A stretch of 63,981 bases of DNA, the filler included. It is 4 parts of 4 records of this genome, joined end to end, with 100 filler letters (N's around TTAATTAATTAA, not from the genome) between each part and the next. Parts side by side here need not be neighbours in the genome. Positions count along the whole stretch, not along the records: positions 17,650 to 48,634 come from SRR20825019_2870; positions 48,735 to 55,467 come from SRR20825019_2879; 2 more parts are not named here. The stretch is one strand, 5' to 3'. The position numbers and the translations under genes are program-made. Position 1 is the stretch's first letter; the number at the start of each line of letters is the position of its first letter. Under the pieces are notes generated by a model. It did no database searches. It worked only from the letters and a program-made list of their open reading frames with translations, and was not told the DNA's origin. Shown in pieces: positions 41,646 through 50,831 of this stretch.

Positions 41646-42401
41646 ATGAAACTACTGGATGGCATGACGGCGATCATTACGGGGGCCGCCAGCCCGCGCG
41701 GTCTGGGCAAGGCCACGGCGCGGCTGTTTGCGCAGCATGGCGCGCGGGTGGCGATATTGGATCTGGACGCGGACGAGGCGGCAGAGGCGGCGGCGGATCT
41801 GCCGGGGGACGGGCACACCTCGGGCGTGTGCGACGTGACGGACAAGGCCGCCTGCGACACGGTGGTGGCGGACATCATCGCGCAGTGGGGGCAGGTGGAT
41901 GTTCTGGTGAACAACGCAGGCATCACCCAACCGCTGAAGCTGATGGAGATCACGCCGCACAATTACGACGCGGTGCTGGACGTGAACCTGCGCGGGACGC
42001 TGTATATGTCGCAGGCGGTGATCCCGCATATGCGGTCCCGTGGGCAGGGCAGCATCGTCAACATGTCGTCCGTGTCGGCCCAACGCGGGGGTGGTATCTT
42101 TGGCGGGCCGCATTATTCCGCAGCCAAGGCCGGGATATTGGGCCTGACCAAGGCGATGGCGCGTGAACTGGCCCCTGCGGGGGTGCGGTCGAACGCGATC
42201 TGTCCGGGGTTCATCGCCACCGACATCACGGCGGGCAAGCTGACCGACGACATGCGTGCGCAGGTGCTGGCGGGCATCCCGATGGGGCGCGCGGGGACGG
42301 CGGATGATGTGGCAGGCTGTGCGCTGTTTCTGGCGTCGAACCTGTCCGCCTATGTCACCGGGTCCGAGGTGGACGTGAACGGCGGGTCGTTGATCCACTA
42401 G
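41646..42401 (+). CDS. short-chain dehydrogenase/reductase
   Basis: TGAASPRGLG, NNAG and HYSAAKAG. Confidence 0.9.
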   Translation: MKLLDGMTAIITGAASPRGLGKATARLFAQHGARVAILDLDADEAAEAAADLPGDGHTSGVCDVTDKAACDTVVADIIAQWGQVDVLVNNAGITQPLKLMEITPHNYDAVLDVNLRGTLYMSQAVIPHMRSRGQGSIVNMSSVSAQRGGGIFGGPHYSAAKAGILGLTKAMARELAPAGVRSNAICPGFIATDITAGKLTDDMRAQVLAGIPMGRAGTADDVAGCALFLASNLSAYVTGSEVDVNGGSLIH

Positions 42402-42542
42402 GGAACGGGGCAAGGTCGATCTGTTTGCCAGTAGCGGTCCGTCCGGTTGTTGCCCGACACCGCCGCGCGGTATCATGAAGAACAGGCCGTGAAGCTGTGC
42501 GGGACGGCGCACGCAGGCCAATGACCCGCGTGCAGCGCGGTT

Positions 42543-42950
42543 CTAGGTGTTCTGGATGCCCGTCACCGTCTCGCGGAAGTAATCGACCTTGCCTGCCGTC
42601 TCATGCGAGATGATCTGCGTCACGCTGGTGACTTCGCACTGTCGCACACCGTAAAAGAACCGCTGGTGAAACCGCGTCAGGTGCCAGCCGTCACCCAGCG
42701 CAAAGGTATCAAGGCGAAGTGCCGTTGTGCCCTTTGGGAAAACCTCTGTGCCCAGCCGTTCCAGCACGCTCAGCAACCCGGTCAGCGTCCCTGCGACCTG
42801 CCAGCTTGTGTCGGTCTCGTCCTTGAAGTGGTCGATGCGAAAATCAATGTCGTCGGCGACGTAGCTCAGCATCTGCGGATCGCCTTGGGTGAATTTTTGC
42901 AGAAGCTGGCCGATGGAGGTGTCGGCAACGGGCGTGGGGTGGGGTGTCAT
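42543..42950 (-). CDS. hypothetical NTF2/SnoaL-like protein
   Basis: About 135 aa with ADDIDF and a C-terminal GKVDYFRE strand pattern; divergent from LysR. Confidence 0.6.
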   Translation of the reverse strand: MTPHPTPVADTSIGQLLQKFTQGDPQMLSYVADDIDFRIDHFKDETDTSWQVAGTLTGLLSVLERLGTEVFPKGTTALRLDTFALGDGWHLTRFHQRFFYGVRQCEVTSVTQIISHETAGKVDYFRETVTGIQNT

Positions 42951-43039
42951 GGGGCATGTCCTTGTGTTTGTGATGGACAACAGATGCCAACGACGCAAGG
43001 CATCAGCAATTGCTGTGCCGACTATCTTTGGTATAGGCT

Positions 43040-43867
43040 ATGCCTATGATGGAACTCACCCCCTTGCGCTATTTCCTCAGCGCCTATGAAACTGGAACCT
43101 TCAGTCAGGCGGCGCGGTTGAACGCGGTCAGCCAGCCGACAGTGTCCGCAGCGATCCAGAAACTGGAGGCCCATTTCGGTGCGCCGCTGTTCCAACGCGA
43201 AAGGTCGGGGTTGAAGGCAACCGCGCTGGGTGAGCAGTTGTATCAGGACACGGCAGGCAGCGTCGCACAGCTGAGCGCGGTCGAGGGGCGGATGCGAGGA
43301 CAGCCGGTGCACACTGTGCGGGTCTATTGCTTTCCCGACGTCCTGCTGGGTCCTTTTGCGCGGACGATGCAATCGGTGGCCCGGCAGGCGGGCAACCTTG
43401 CGTTCAGCTTTACGGCCGCCCCCGATGACAGCGATCTGTCCTATGCTGCCGAGGGGTGCGTGCCCAAGGGGCACGGCTTTGTGCCGGTCCTGACCGAGCG
43501 TTATGGGGTGGCCTTGGGCCGGACGCATCCGCTGGCGCGGCGGGCCGAGGTGCGGCTGGAGGACCTGATGGAGCTTTCCATCATTCACCGGCCCTATTGC
43601 CCGAATGCCGACCGATTTGACCTGATGGCGGCGGCGCGTCCGATGCCGTCTGCGCAGGCGGTGCATGACCAGCAGGTGCTGGAGCTGGTGGCGGCGGGGT
43701 TGGGCATTGCCTTTGTGCCGATGTCGCACGGCGATGCCCATTCCGGTATCGTGGTGCGACAACTGCGAGGGCAGGACGTCGGACAAAGGACCATCGGTAT
43801 TTCGCACCGCAAGACCGTCTTTGCCACGCAACTGGCCGAGCGGTTGACCGGTACGGCGCGGCCTTAG
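43040..43867 (+). CDS. LysR-family transcriptional regulator
   Basis: LRYF..GTFSQAA..VSQPTVSAAIQKLE HTH and LVAAGLGIAFVP. The true start may be 43046 or 43049. Confidence 0.92.
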   Translation: MPMMELTPLRYFLSAYETGTFSQAARLNAVSQPTVSAAIQKLEAHFGAPLFQRERSGLKATALGEQLYQDTAGSVAQLSAVEGRMRGQPVHTVRVYCFPDVLLGPFARTMQSVARQAGNLAFSFTAAPDDSDLSYAAEGCVPKGHGFVPVLTERYGVALGRTHPLARRAEVRLEDLMELSIIHRPYCPNADRFDLMAAARPMPSAQAVHDQQVLELVAAGLGIAFVPMSHGDAHSGIVVRQLRGQDVGQRTIGISHRKTVFATQLAERLTGTARP

Positions 43868-43873
43868 CGAACG

Positions 43874-43900
43874 GGTCGCCACCTTGCAAGGATGGCGACC
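43874..43900. terminator. hairpin between convergent genes
   Basis: GGTCGCCA...TGGCGACC. Confidence 0.5.
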
Positions 43901-43910
43901 AACCCTTTGA

Positions 43911-44783
43911 CTACTGGTCGATCTGCGACAACAAAGCAGGATTCGTCACCAGATTGCGCACCCCGTGTGCGTGGTCTTCTTCGAACACGTTGTGGCCCAG
44001 CCATTTGTCCACCGAGTTGATGTCAACGCGCGCCACCCTGGGGTGCACGCTCCATGTCACCTCGAAGGGCGAGCCGGTCTCGTCATAGCCCGGACCTGTG
44101 GTCGAGCCTGCATAGACCACCGGGGTGCCTGTGTCGGTGGGGATGTTGGGGGCCTGATACAATCCGTTCACGGTCTCAACATCCGCCAGCGTATTGAAAT
44201 CCAGCGCATTCGCATCGTTCACCAGCACAAAGACCTGCGCCTCGACCCGCAGTTGCGGGTTGCTGATCGCATCGCTCAGGCAGGTGCCAAGGGTCGGACC
44301 CGGCTTGGCCTGTGCGGTGGAATAGACGAAATGCGCCTCGATGGTGTCGCCCGGTTGCAGATCGCCGTGTTCGGTTTTGCCCACGGGATGATCCAGCGGT
44401 TTCAACTCTGCCGGCGTCAACTGACCGGTGTATTGATAGCCGGTGTCATATCCGTGACCGTCACCGTTGCCTGCGTAATGGGTGAACTCGCCGCCGCGAT
44501 GTTCGGCGTTTTCGTGAAAGTGGATGTCGCACAGGTTCATCTGCGTATAGGCGGGTGCGGGGGCAAAGGCGCGCTGGTTGGTGCCTGTGACCGAGTCGAT
44601 GTCGCGCGGGGCCTGCGGGCCAAAGCCTGCGCCATCGGTGTTCTTTGCCAGTGCCGCACGCTGTTGTGCGATGATGTCGTCAGACACGGCGGTGTGGACC
44701 GCGCCGGCTGCCATGGCAAAGCTGTTCAACGCAAACAGGGCGGCAGTGGCTGTGGCCAGCACCGGGAGCGTTCTTTTGGTCAT
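43911..44783 (-). CDS. delta-class carbonic anhydrase (exported)
   Basis: Signal peptide MTKRTLPVLATATAALFALNSFA; GPQAPRDI, NLCDIHFHENAEH, GDTIEAHFVYS, YAGSTTG and HAHGVR. Confidence 0.8.
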   Translation of the reverse strand: MTKRTLPVLATATAALFALNSFAMAAGAVHTAVSDDIIAQQRAALAKNTDGAGFGPQAPRDIDSVTGTNQRAFAPAPAYTQMNLCDIHFHENAEHRGGEFTHYAGNGDGHGYDTGYQYTGQLTPAELKPLDHPVGKTEHGDLQPGDTIEAHFVYSTAQAKPGPTLGTCLSDAISNPQLRVEAQVFVLVNDANALDFNTLADVETVNGLYQAPNIPTDTGTPVVYAGSTTGPGYDETGSPFEVTWSVHPRVARVDINSVDKWLGHNVFEEDHAHGVRNLVTNPALLSQIDQ

Positions 44784-45108
44784 GATGATTTTCCCATACA
44801 TTTTACGGTGATGCGGTTCTTTGAACAGGGGGGGTGTCGTGACCGGCCCCTGCAGGACGGGATCTTTCACAAATCAGCGCCTCGCGGATCGGAAAGTAAA
44901 TTCACGCTGTCGTGTGGTGGAATTCTGTCGTTAAATGCCCGAAATAATGCGAAATTTTTGAATTCCGCGCGATGGAAGCGGTGGACTGCGTGATCATTTC
45001 GTGAACACGACTCGTTTGGCTGAGGTGTGTTTTGTCCTCGGGTCGCGTCGCTTTGACCGTTCCGCTCATTGCCGCTTGACGCCCATGCCCGTCGCCGCCC
45101 CTAATGGG

Positions 45109-46137
45109 ATGATGAACATCTTGCACAACACCCCGCGCCGCCCTGTCGATGTCCCCTTGGACGTGCCCGCCCCCTCGGTCGATGCCGCACGGGCGGCCTT
45201 GCTGGTGGCGCAATGTCCCGTGGCGGGGGCGACGCCGTTGGTGGATGCCCCGGCGCTGGCCGAAGCGGCTGGTGTTGGCAGCCTGCACATCAAGGACGAG
45301 CGGAACCGCATGGGGCTGGGCAGCTTCAAGGCGCTGGGCGCGGCCTATGTCATTGCCTGCGACGCCAGTGACGGGGTGGCAAGGGGGCGCACGTATGTGA
45401 CCGCCAGCGCGGGCAATCATGGGATGAGCGTGGCCGCAGGCGCCGCTGCCTTTGGCGCGCGGGCGGTGGTCTATATCGCCGAGACCGTGCCCGAAGCCTT
45501 TGCCGCGCGGTTGCGTGACATCGGTGCCGAGGTGCGCCGCGAAGGCGCGATTTACGAGGACAGCATGGCCGCTGCGATGGCCGCCGCCGAGAGCAAAGGG
45601 TTTGCCCTGTTGTCCGACAGCTCCTGGGAGGACTATTACGACCGCCCGCACCGGTTGATGGAAGGCTATCTTGTGCTGATGGACGAGGCGATCCGCCAGA
45701 TGCCGCAACCGCCGACGCATCTGTTCCTGCAGGCCGGTGTCGGCGGGCTGGCGGGGGCCTGCGCCGCGCTGGCGCGCAAGGCCTGGGGCGAAGCGGTGCA
45801 GATCATCGTGGTGGAACCGGATGCCGCGCCTGCGCTGCACGCGTCGGTGATCGCGGGCAAGGCGGTGACGGCGCAAGGGCCGGTGTCCGCCATGGGGCGT
45901 CTGGACTGCAAGGAGCCTTCGTTGATCGCCTTGAAAGGGCTGGCGCGGGATGCGGATGTGTTCGCGCTGATCTCCGAGGATGAGGGCGCGGCAGGGGCTG
46001 CGGCCTGCGCGCAGCATGGGCTGGCCTCGACACCTTCGGGGGCTGCGGGTGTGGCCGGGCTGCTGGCGGGGGCGCAGGCGCTGGGCCTTGATGAAAACGC
46101 CCGCGTCCTGTGTATTCTCAGCGAAGGACCCGAATAA
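45109..46137 (+). CDS. fold-type II PLP enzyme, diaminopropionate ammonia-lyase family
   Basis: KDERNRMGLGSFKALG, ASAGNHG, LSDSSWEDY, FLQAGVGG and MGRLDCKEPS. Confidence 0.8.
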   Translation: MMNILHNTPRRPVDVPLDVPAPSVDAARAALLVAQCPVAGATPLVDAPALAEAAGVGSLHIKDERNRMGLGSFKALGAAYVIACDASDGVARGRTYVTASAGNHGMSVAAGAAAFGARAVVYIAETVPEAFAARLRDIGAEVRREGAIYEDSMAAAMAAAESKGFALLSDSSWEDYYDRPHRLMEGYLVLMDEAIRQMPQPPTHLFLQAGVGGLAGACAALARKAWGEAVQIIVVEPDAAPALHASVIAGKAVTAQGPVSAMGRLDCKEPSLIALKGLARDADVFALISEDEGAAGAAACAQHGLASTPSGAAGVAGLLAGAQALGLDENARVLCILSEGPE

Positions 46138-46140
46138 CCG

Positions 46141-47271
46141 ATGACCGATTTCGCCCCCGAAGAATACCGCGCCCGCCTGCACCGTGCCCAGGCGATGATG
46201 GACCGCGCCGGGCTGGCGGCCCTGTTGCTGACAACCGAACCCGAAGTGCGCTATTTCACCGGCTTTCTGACCCGTTTCTGGGAAAGCCCCGCGCGTCCGT
46301 GGTTTCTGATCGTGCCTGCCAGCGGTGATCCGGTGGCGGTTATTCCATCCATCGGCGCGCATCTGATGGGGCAAAGCTGGATCACCGACATTCGCACCTG
46401 GCGCAGCCCGCAGCCCGGGGACGACGGCATCAGCCTGCTGCGGGATGCGCTGGCCGAGGTGGACGGCCCTGTCGGTGTGCCCAGCGGGGCGGAGACCCAC
46501 CTGCGTATGCCGCTGGACACATGGGCCGCGCTGCAAACCGCTGCCGCCTTTCGTGATGACGCGGGGATCATGCACCGCCTGCGGCTGATCAAATCGGATG
46601 CCGAGATCGACCGCATCGCCACCATCTGCCAGATCGCCAACGCCGCATTCGACCGCGTGCCCGAGGTAATCGGCGCAGGCCTGCCGCTGTCCGAGGTGTT
46701 CCGCCGGTTCCAGATCCTGTTGCTGACCGAGGGGGCCGATTGGGTGCCCTATCTGGCGGGGGCTGCGGGGCAGGGTGGCTATGGTGACGCGATCTCGCCC
46801 GCGACCGATGCGCCGTTGATGGATGGCGATGTGCTGATGCTGGACACAGGCGCGGTCAGGGCCGGGTATTTCTGTGACTTTGACCGCAACTTTGCGGTGG
46901 GGAATGTGGGTCAGGCCGCCCATGACGCCCATGCACGGTTGATCGAGGCGACCGAAGCAGGGTTCGAGGCCGCACAGGTCGGCGCCACGGCGGCGGATCT
47001 GTTTCACGCGATGGACCGCGTGGTAACGGGCGGTGCGGGTGGCTCGGACGCGGGGCGGCTGGGGCATGGTCTGGGAATGCAGCTGACCGAATGGCCGTCG
47101 CTGATTGCCGCCGATCACACGGTGTTGGAGCCGGGCATGGTGCTGACGCTGGAGCCGGGGATCGCGCTGGCACCGGGCCGGATGCTGGTGCACGAGGAAA
47201 ACATCGTGATCACCGCAGACGGCCCGCAATGGCTGAGCATTCCCAGCGACGAACATATGGTTCAGCTGTGA
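46141..47271 (+). CDS. M24 (Xaa-Pro peptidase/creatinase/ectoine hydrolase-like) family protein
   Basis: RLIKSDAEI, DTG..GYFCDFDR, GHGLG, TLEPG and HEENIVIT. Confidence 0.88.
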   Translation: MTDFAPEEYRARLHRAQAMMDRAGLAALLLTTEPEVRYFTGFLTRFWESPARPWFLIVPASGDPVAVIPSIGAHLMGQSWITDIRTWRSPQPGDDGISLLRDALAEVDGPVGVPSGAETHLRMPLDTWAALQTAAAFRDDAGIMHRLRLIKSDAEIDRIATICQIANAAFDRVPEVIGAGLPLSEVFRRFQILLLTEGADWVPYLAGAAGQGGYGDAISPATDAPLMDGDVLMLDTGAVRAGYFCDFDRNFAVGNVGQAAHDAHARLIEATEAGFEAAQVGATAADLFHAMDRVVTGGAGGSDAGRLGHGLGMQLTEWPSLIAADHTVLEPGMVLTLEPGIALAPGRMLVHEENIVITADGPQWLSIPSDEHMVQL

Positions 47272-47996
47272 CCACATACCCCTATGACAGCGTCGACGTG
47301 GGGCCGTCGCTGGGGTTGGTGGTGTTGCAGGTGGACGAGACGATCGAGGGCGACATGCGCCGTCTGCTGGGCGATGCGCAACTCTATGTCAGCCGCGTGC
47401 CCAGCGATGCACGCGTGACCCGCGAGACTTTGGCCGAGATGGCCGCGCTTCTGGGTAGGGCGGCGTCGCTGTTGCCGCCTGCGGCGGATCTGGCGGCGGT
47501 GGCCTATGGCTGCACGTCGGGGGCAGCCCAGATCGGGCCAGTGCAGATAGCGCGGCTGGTCCGGCAGGGCAGACAGGTTGGCGCGGTGACCGACCCCGTA
47601 TCGGCGCTGGTCGCGGCCTGTGCGCATTTGGGCATCCGGCGGTTGGCGCTGTTGTCACCCTATGTCGAGGCAGTGTCAGAGCAGTTGCGCGATGTGCTGG
47701 CGCGGCAGGGCGTGGACACTCCCGTCTTTGGCACCTTTGCCGAGGCCGAAGAAGCCAGGGTCGTGCGCATTGCGCCGGATGCGATCACCGACGCGGCGAT
47801 GGACCTGTGCGCCGGTGCAGAGGTGGACGGTCTGTTCCTGTCCTGCACCAACCTGCGGACGTTGCCGGTGATCGACCGGCTGGAAAGCGCGCTTGACCTG
47901 CCGGTCTTGTCGTCAAATCTGGTTCTGGCCTGGCATATGGCGCAACTGGCCTCGGTTCCGGTCACCGGACCGGGGCGGTTGCTGGCCGGGGCCTGA
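47268..47996 (+). CDS. Asp/Glu racemase / maleate isomerase family (EutA-like)
   Basis: GLVVLQVDETIE, YGCTSG, LSCTNL and PVLSSN; GTGA coupling. Confidence 0.85.
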   Translation: MTTYPYDSVDVGPSLGLVVLQVDETIEGDMRRLLGDAQLYVSRVPSDARVTRETLAEMAALLGRAASLLPPAADLAAVAYGCTSGAAQIGPVQIARLVRQGRQVGAVTDPVSALVAACAHLGIRRLALLSPYVEAVSEQLRDVLARQGVDTPVFGTFAEAEEARVVRIAPDAITDAAMDLCAGAEVDGLFLSCTNLRTLPVIDRLESALDLPVLSSNLVLAWHMAQLASVPVTGPGRLLAGA

Positions 47997-48091
47997 CCCT
48001 GCGTCACGGCGCAGCCTGCCGACTGTAAGGGGGCTGGAAATCGGGCGCGTCCCGCGCAAGGATCGCGCCAACACGGAGCGGAGGAGGCCCC

Positions 48092-48634
48092 ATGCTAGAA
48101 ATCATCCCGAAGATGCCCGAAAACATGCCCGGTGAAACGGTGGTCGCAGCGGTGCGCCGGGTGGCACAGATCAACCCCGACCGCGACGCGGTGGTCTGCG
48201 ACGGCACGCGGCTGAGCTGGGCAGATTTCGATCAGGCCATCAACCGGGCCGCCAACATGCTGATCGCGCGGGGCGTGACGCGGGGCGACCGGGTGGCGGT
48301 GCTGTCGCCGAATTCGGCCGCCTATGCGGTTCTGTTCATGGGCATCCTGCGGGCCGGCGGATGTGTCGTGCCGCTGTCGACGATGGCGTCCTCCTCGGCG
48401 CTGGAGAAGATGGTGCAGGACTGTGGTGCGCGGGTGTTCTGTCTGGCAGAGACCTACCGCGATCTGGTGCCCTTTGTGGACGCGATGGATATCACACGCA
48501 TCGCGCTGGATTTTGACGCGGACGGGTTCGAAAGCTATGCGGCGGCGATGGAGGCGGCTGATACCACCGACCCGATGGTGCCGGTCCAGATGGGCGACGG
48601 CTTTAACCTGATCTATTCCTCGGGCACCACGGGC
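48092..48634 (+). CDS. AMP-binding acyl-CoA ligase family (3'-truncated)
   Basis: GVTRGDRVA and IYSSGTTG. Confidence 0.85.
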
Positions 48635-48734
48635 NNNNNNNNNNNNNNNNNNNNNNNNNNNNNNNNNNNNNNNNNNNNTTAATTAATTAANNNNNNNNNN
48701 NNNNNNNNNNNNNNNNNNNNNNNNNNNNNNNNNN
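48635..48734. other. artificial contig spacer
   Basis: N44-TTAATTAATTAA-N44. Confidence 0.99.
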
Positions 48735-49106
48735 ATGCCGCGCATGACCAATACCTATATGCTGGGCGGGGATAAAGACCCGGGCGAAATCCTGGCGTCG
48801 GTCAAGAAAGGCATTTATGCGGTCAATTTCGGCGGCGGACAGGTCGATATCACATCGGGCAAGTTCGTGTTTTCCGCATCCGAGGCCTATCTGATCGAAA
48901 ACGGCAAGCTTGGTGCGCCGGTCAAGGGGGCGACCCTGATTGGTAATGGCCCCGACAGCCTGACCAAGGTTTCCATGATCGGCAATGACATGAAGCTTGA
49001 TGACGGGATCGGAACGTGCGGCAAGGATGGCCAGGGTGTTCCGGTCGGTGTTGGTCAGCCAACACTTCGCATTGATGGTTTGACTGTTGGCGGCACGGCC
49101 GTTTAG
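48735..49106 (+). CDS. tldD: metalloprotease TldD, C-terminal part (5'-truncated)
   Basis: [24 protein letters not shown] and [16 protein letters not shown]. Confidence 0.93.
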   Translation: MPRMTNTYMLGGDKDPGEILASVKKGIYAVNFGGGQVDITSGKFVFSASEAYLIENGKLGAPVKGATLIGNGPDSLTKVSMIGNDMKLDDGIGTCGKDGQGVPVGVGQPTLRIDGLTVGGTAV

Positions 49107-49133
49107 GTTGAATTTAGAACTTCTTTTGAAGCA

Positions 49134-49160
49134 AAAGGCCCGGCAAATTGCCGGGCCTTT
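49134..49160 (+). terminator. intrinsic terminator
   Basis: AAAGGCCCGGCAA-A-TTGCCGGGCCTTT. Confidence 0.85.
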
Positions 49161-49321
49161 GTACTTACGAATAAGTATAAAGACCATTGCATAGACTTGG
49201 CATCATTCAAACGCATGACTTTCCCACAGGCCGTATAATCAATAATCTATAACGATAAAATCAGACCGGTTTTGTTCAGGTATCGCATTGGGGTGGGTAG
49301 ACTGAAAAAAGCAAAGCCGGG

Positions 49322-50812
49322 TTGCGACCTTGGGGAAAAATATTGAAATCGCTCAGATGGCGGTGTGGCACGGGTTTGATTGTCCTGTGCGGCATGCTGA
49401 TAACAGGCGCGACAACAACAAGCGCACAGCAAAGTGTCGATGTCCGTACAGATGAAGCCCGGAATTTCATTGGCGATTTTACGCAGATCATGGATGCGGC
49501 GGAACGGTCGCGCCTTTTGCTTCAGACCGATGATGGCAGCGATATCAGTTTTGCCGATGTTCTGGCCAGTCCCGATGATGTTGTCCTGAATTTCCGCTGG
49601 GCCAAGGCACAGATTGCGCGCGGGGATGTTCGCGGCGCGTCGGCGACACTGGAACGCATCCTTGTGCTTGATCCCGATCTTGCCGCAGTCCGGCTTTATT
49701 ACGCGATTGTGCTTTATCGGCTTGATAGCCTTGACGAGGCGCGTGCGCAGTTTGAACGCCTGCGGGCGATGAATGTATCGCCCGATGTTGCGGCCGATAT
49801 TGACCGTTATCTTTCGGCGATTGAGACACGGCGCAAGCGGCTTCATCAGTACCTGACCGTGACCTTTGGCAGCCAGATTGACAGCAACCGCAATGCCGCA
49901 CCGTCAGACAAGCAGCAGCTTGTTACCGGGACCCTGACCAACATCACGGCATCCGAGGACAAGCCGCGCAACGATATCGCCCATATCGGGGCGATGCGTT
50001 ATGACATCAGCTATGACCTTGGCTATCAGGAAGGGCACGAGGTTTTTGCCGCCCTGACCGGCTATGGCAGCGATCAGGTGCAGATCGACAGCCTCGATCT
50101 GGGCTCGTTTTCGGTTGACCTTGGCGCGCGTATCCGCGGCGGATATTTCAGCCTGACACCGGTGATAAACCAGACGGTGCAATCGCTTTCGCGGGAAAAA
50201 TACCTGACATCGCGAAGCGGCCGATTGCGTGCGGACTGGAACATCCGGCCCGATACCAATCTGTATGGCGAAGTCAGCTATGCCGATGAACGGTACCAGA
50301 ATACGACGGAATCAAGTGCGCTTCGGCTGCATTCCGGGCAGCGATATGGCGCACGAACCGGGGTGAATTACGCCTGGAGCCCGTCAAACCGCACGACGAT
50401 TGATCTTAATGCGGGTAAAAAAGAAGCCGCACGCAATTTCAACAGTTATGACAGCTTGAGTGCGGAACTGATCCATGCTTATCTGTTTGGCGGGGGAAGT
50501 TATATCAGCGGAAGTGTTCGCTATGGTCTTGATCAATATCGCGATCCGGACTTTCTGGTGACCGGCAATTCGCCGCAACACCGACAGGACCGGACGACGA
50601 GATTGCGACTGACCTATGGTGCGCCGCTTTCGCAAATGCTGCCAGATGACTTGTTTGGGGATAGCAAAACGGCAGGACAGATATATGCCTTTCTGGCACC
50701 GATCAACTGGTCGGTCACCGGTGAATATCTGAACACAGAATCAAACATTCCCAATTACGAATATCATAACGCGCGCGCGCAGTTTTTCCTGACGCGCCGT
50801 TGGGAATTCTAA
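49322..50812 (+). CDS. TPR + outer-membrane beta-barrel protein (Slam/DUF560, type XI secretion-like)
   Basis: Signal peptide, TPR pair (ASATLERILVLDPDLAAVRLYYA...ARAQF), DSNRNAAP barrel-start motif, amphipathic strands, SNIPNYEY and terminal Phe. Confidence 0.75.
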   Translation: MRPWGKILKSLRWRCGTGLIVLCGMLITGATTTSAQQSVDVRTDEARNFIGDFTQIMDAAERSRLLLQTDDGSDISFADVLASPDDVVLNFRWAKAQIARGDVRGASATLERILVLDPDLAAVRLYYAIVLYRLDSLDEARAQFERLRAMNVSPDVAADIDRYLSAIETRRKRLHQYLTVTFGSQIDSNRNAAPSDKQQLVTGTLTNITASEDKPRNDIAHIGAMRYDISYDLGYQEGHEVFAALTGYGSDQVQIDSLDLGSFSVDLGARIRGGYFSLTPVINQTVQSLSREKYLTSRSGRLRADWNIRPDTNLYGEVSYADERYQNTTESSALRLHSGQRYGARTGVNYAWSPSNRTTIDLNAGKKEAARNFNSYDSLSAELIHAYLFGGGSYISGSVRYGLDQYRDPDFLVTGNSPQHRQDRTTRLRLTYGAPLSQMLPDDLFGDSKTAGQIYAFLAPINWSVTGEYLNTESNIPNYEYHNARAQFFLTRRWEF

Positions 50813-50831
50813 GGGGCGGGAGTTCTAGGGA

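Noticed and set aside
24581-44783. RuBisCO plus carbonic anhydrase as a carbon-fixation module
   Set aside because: The protein is a form IV RLP coupled to a DUF1537 kinase. There are no rbcS, prk, cbbR/cbbX or carboxysome genes, and the CA is 18 kb away.
46141-47271. M24 protein as DMSP lyase DddP
   Set aside because: It shares the fold, but the operon context (DAP lyase, racemase) and lack of DMSP genes give no support.
31719-47277. Very long antisense or alternate-frame ORFs (e.g. 31719-33881, 35947-38325, 44902-47277)
   Set aside because: They are shadow ORFs of high-GC genes that have clear family motifs on the opposite strand.
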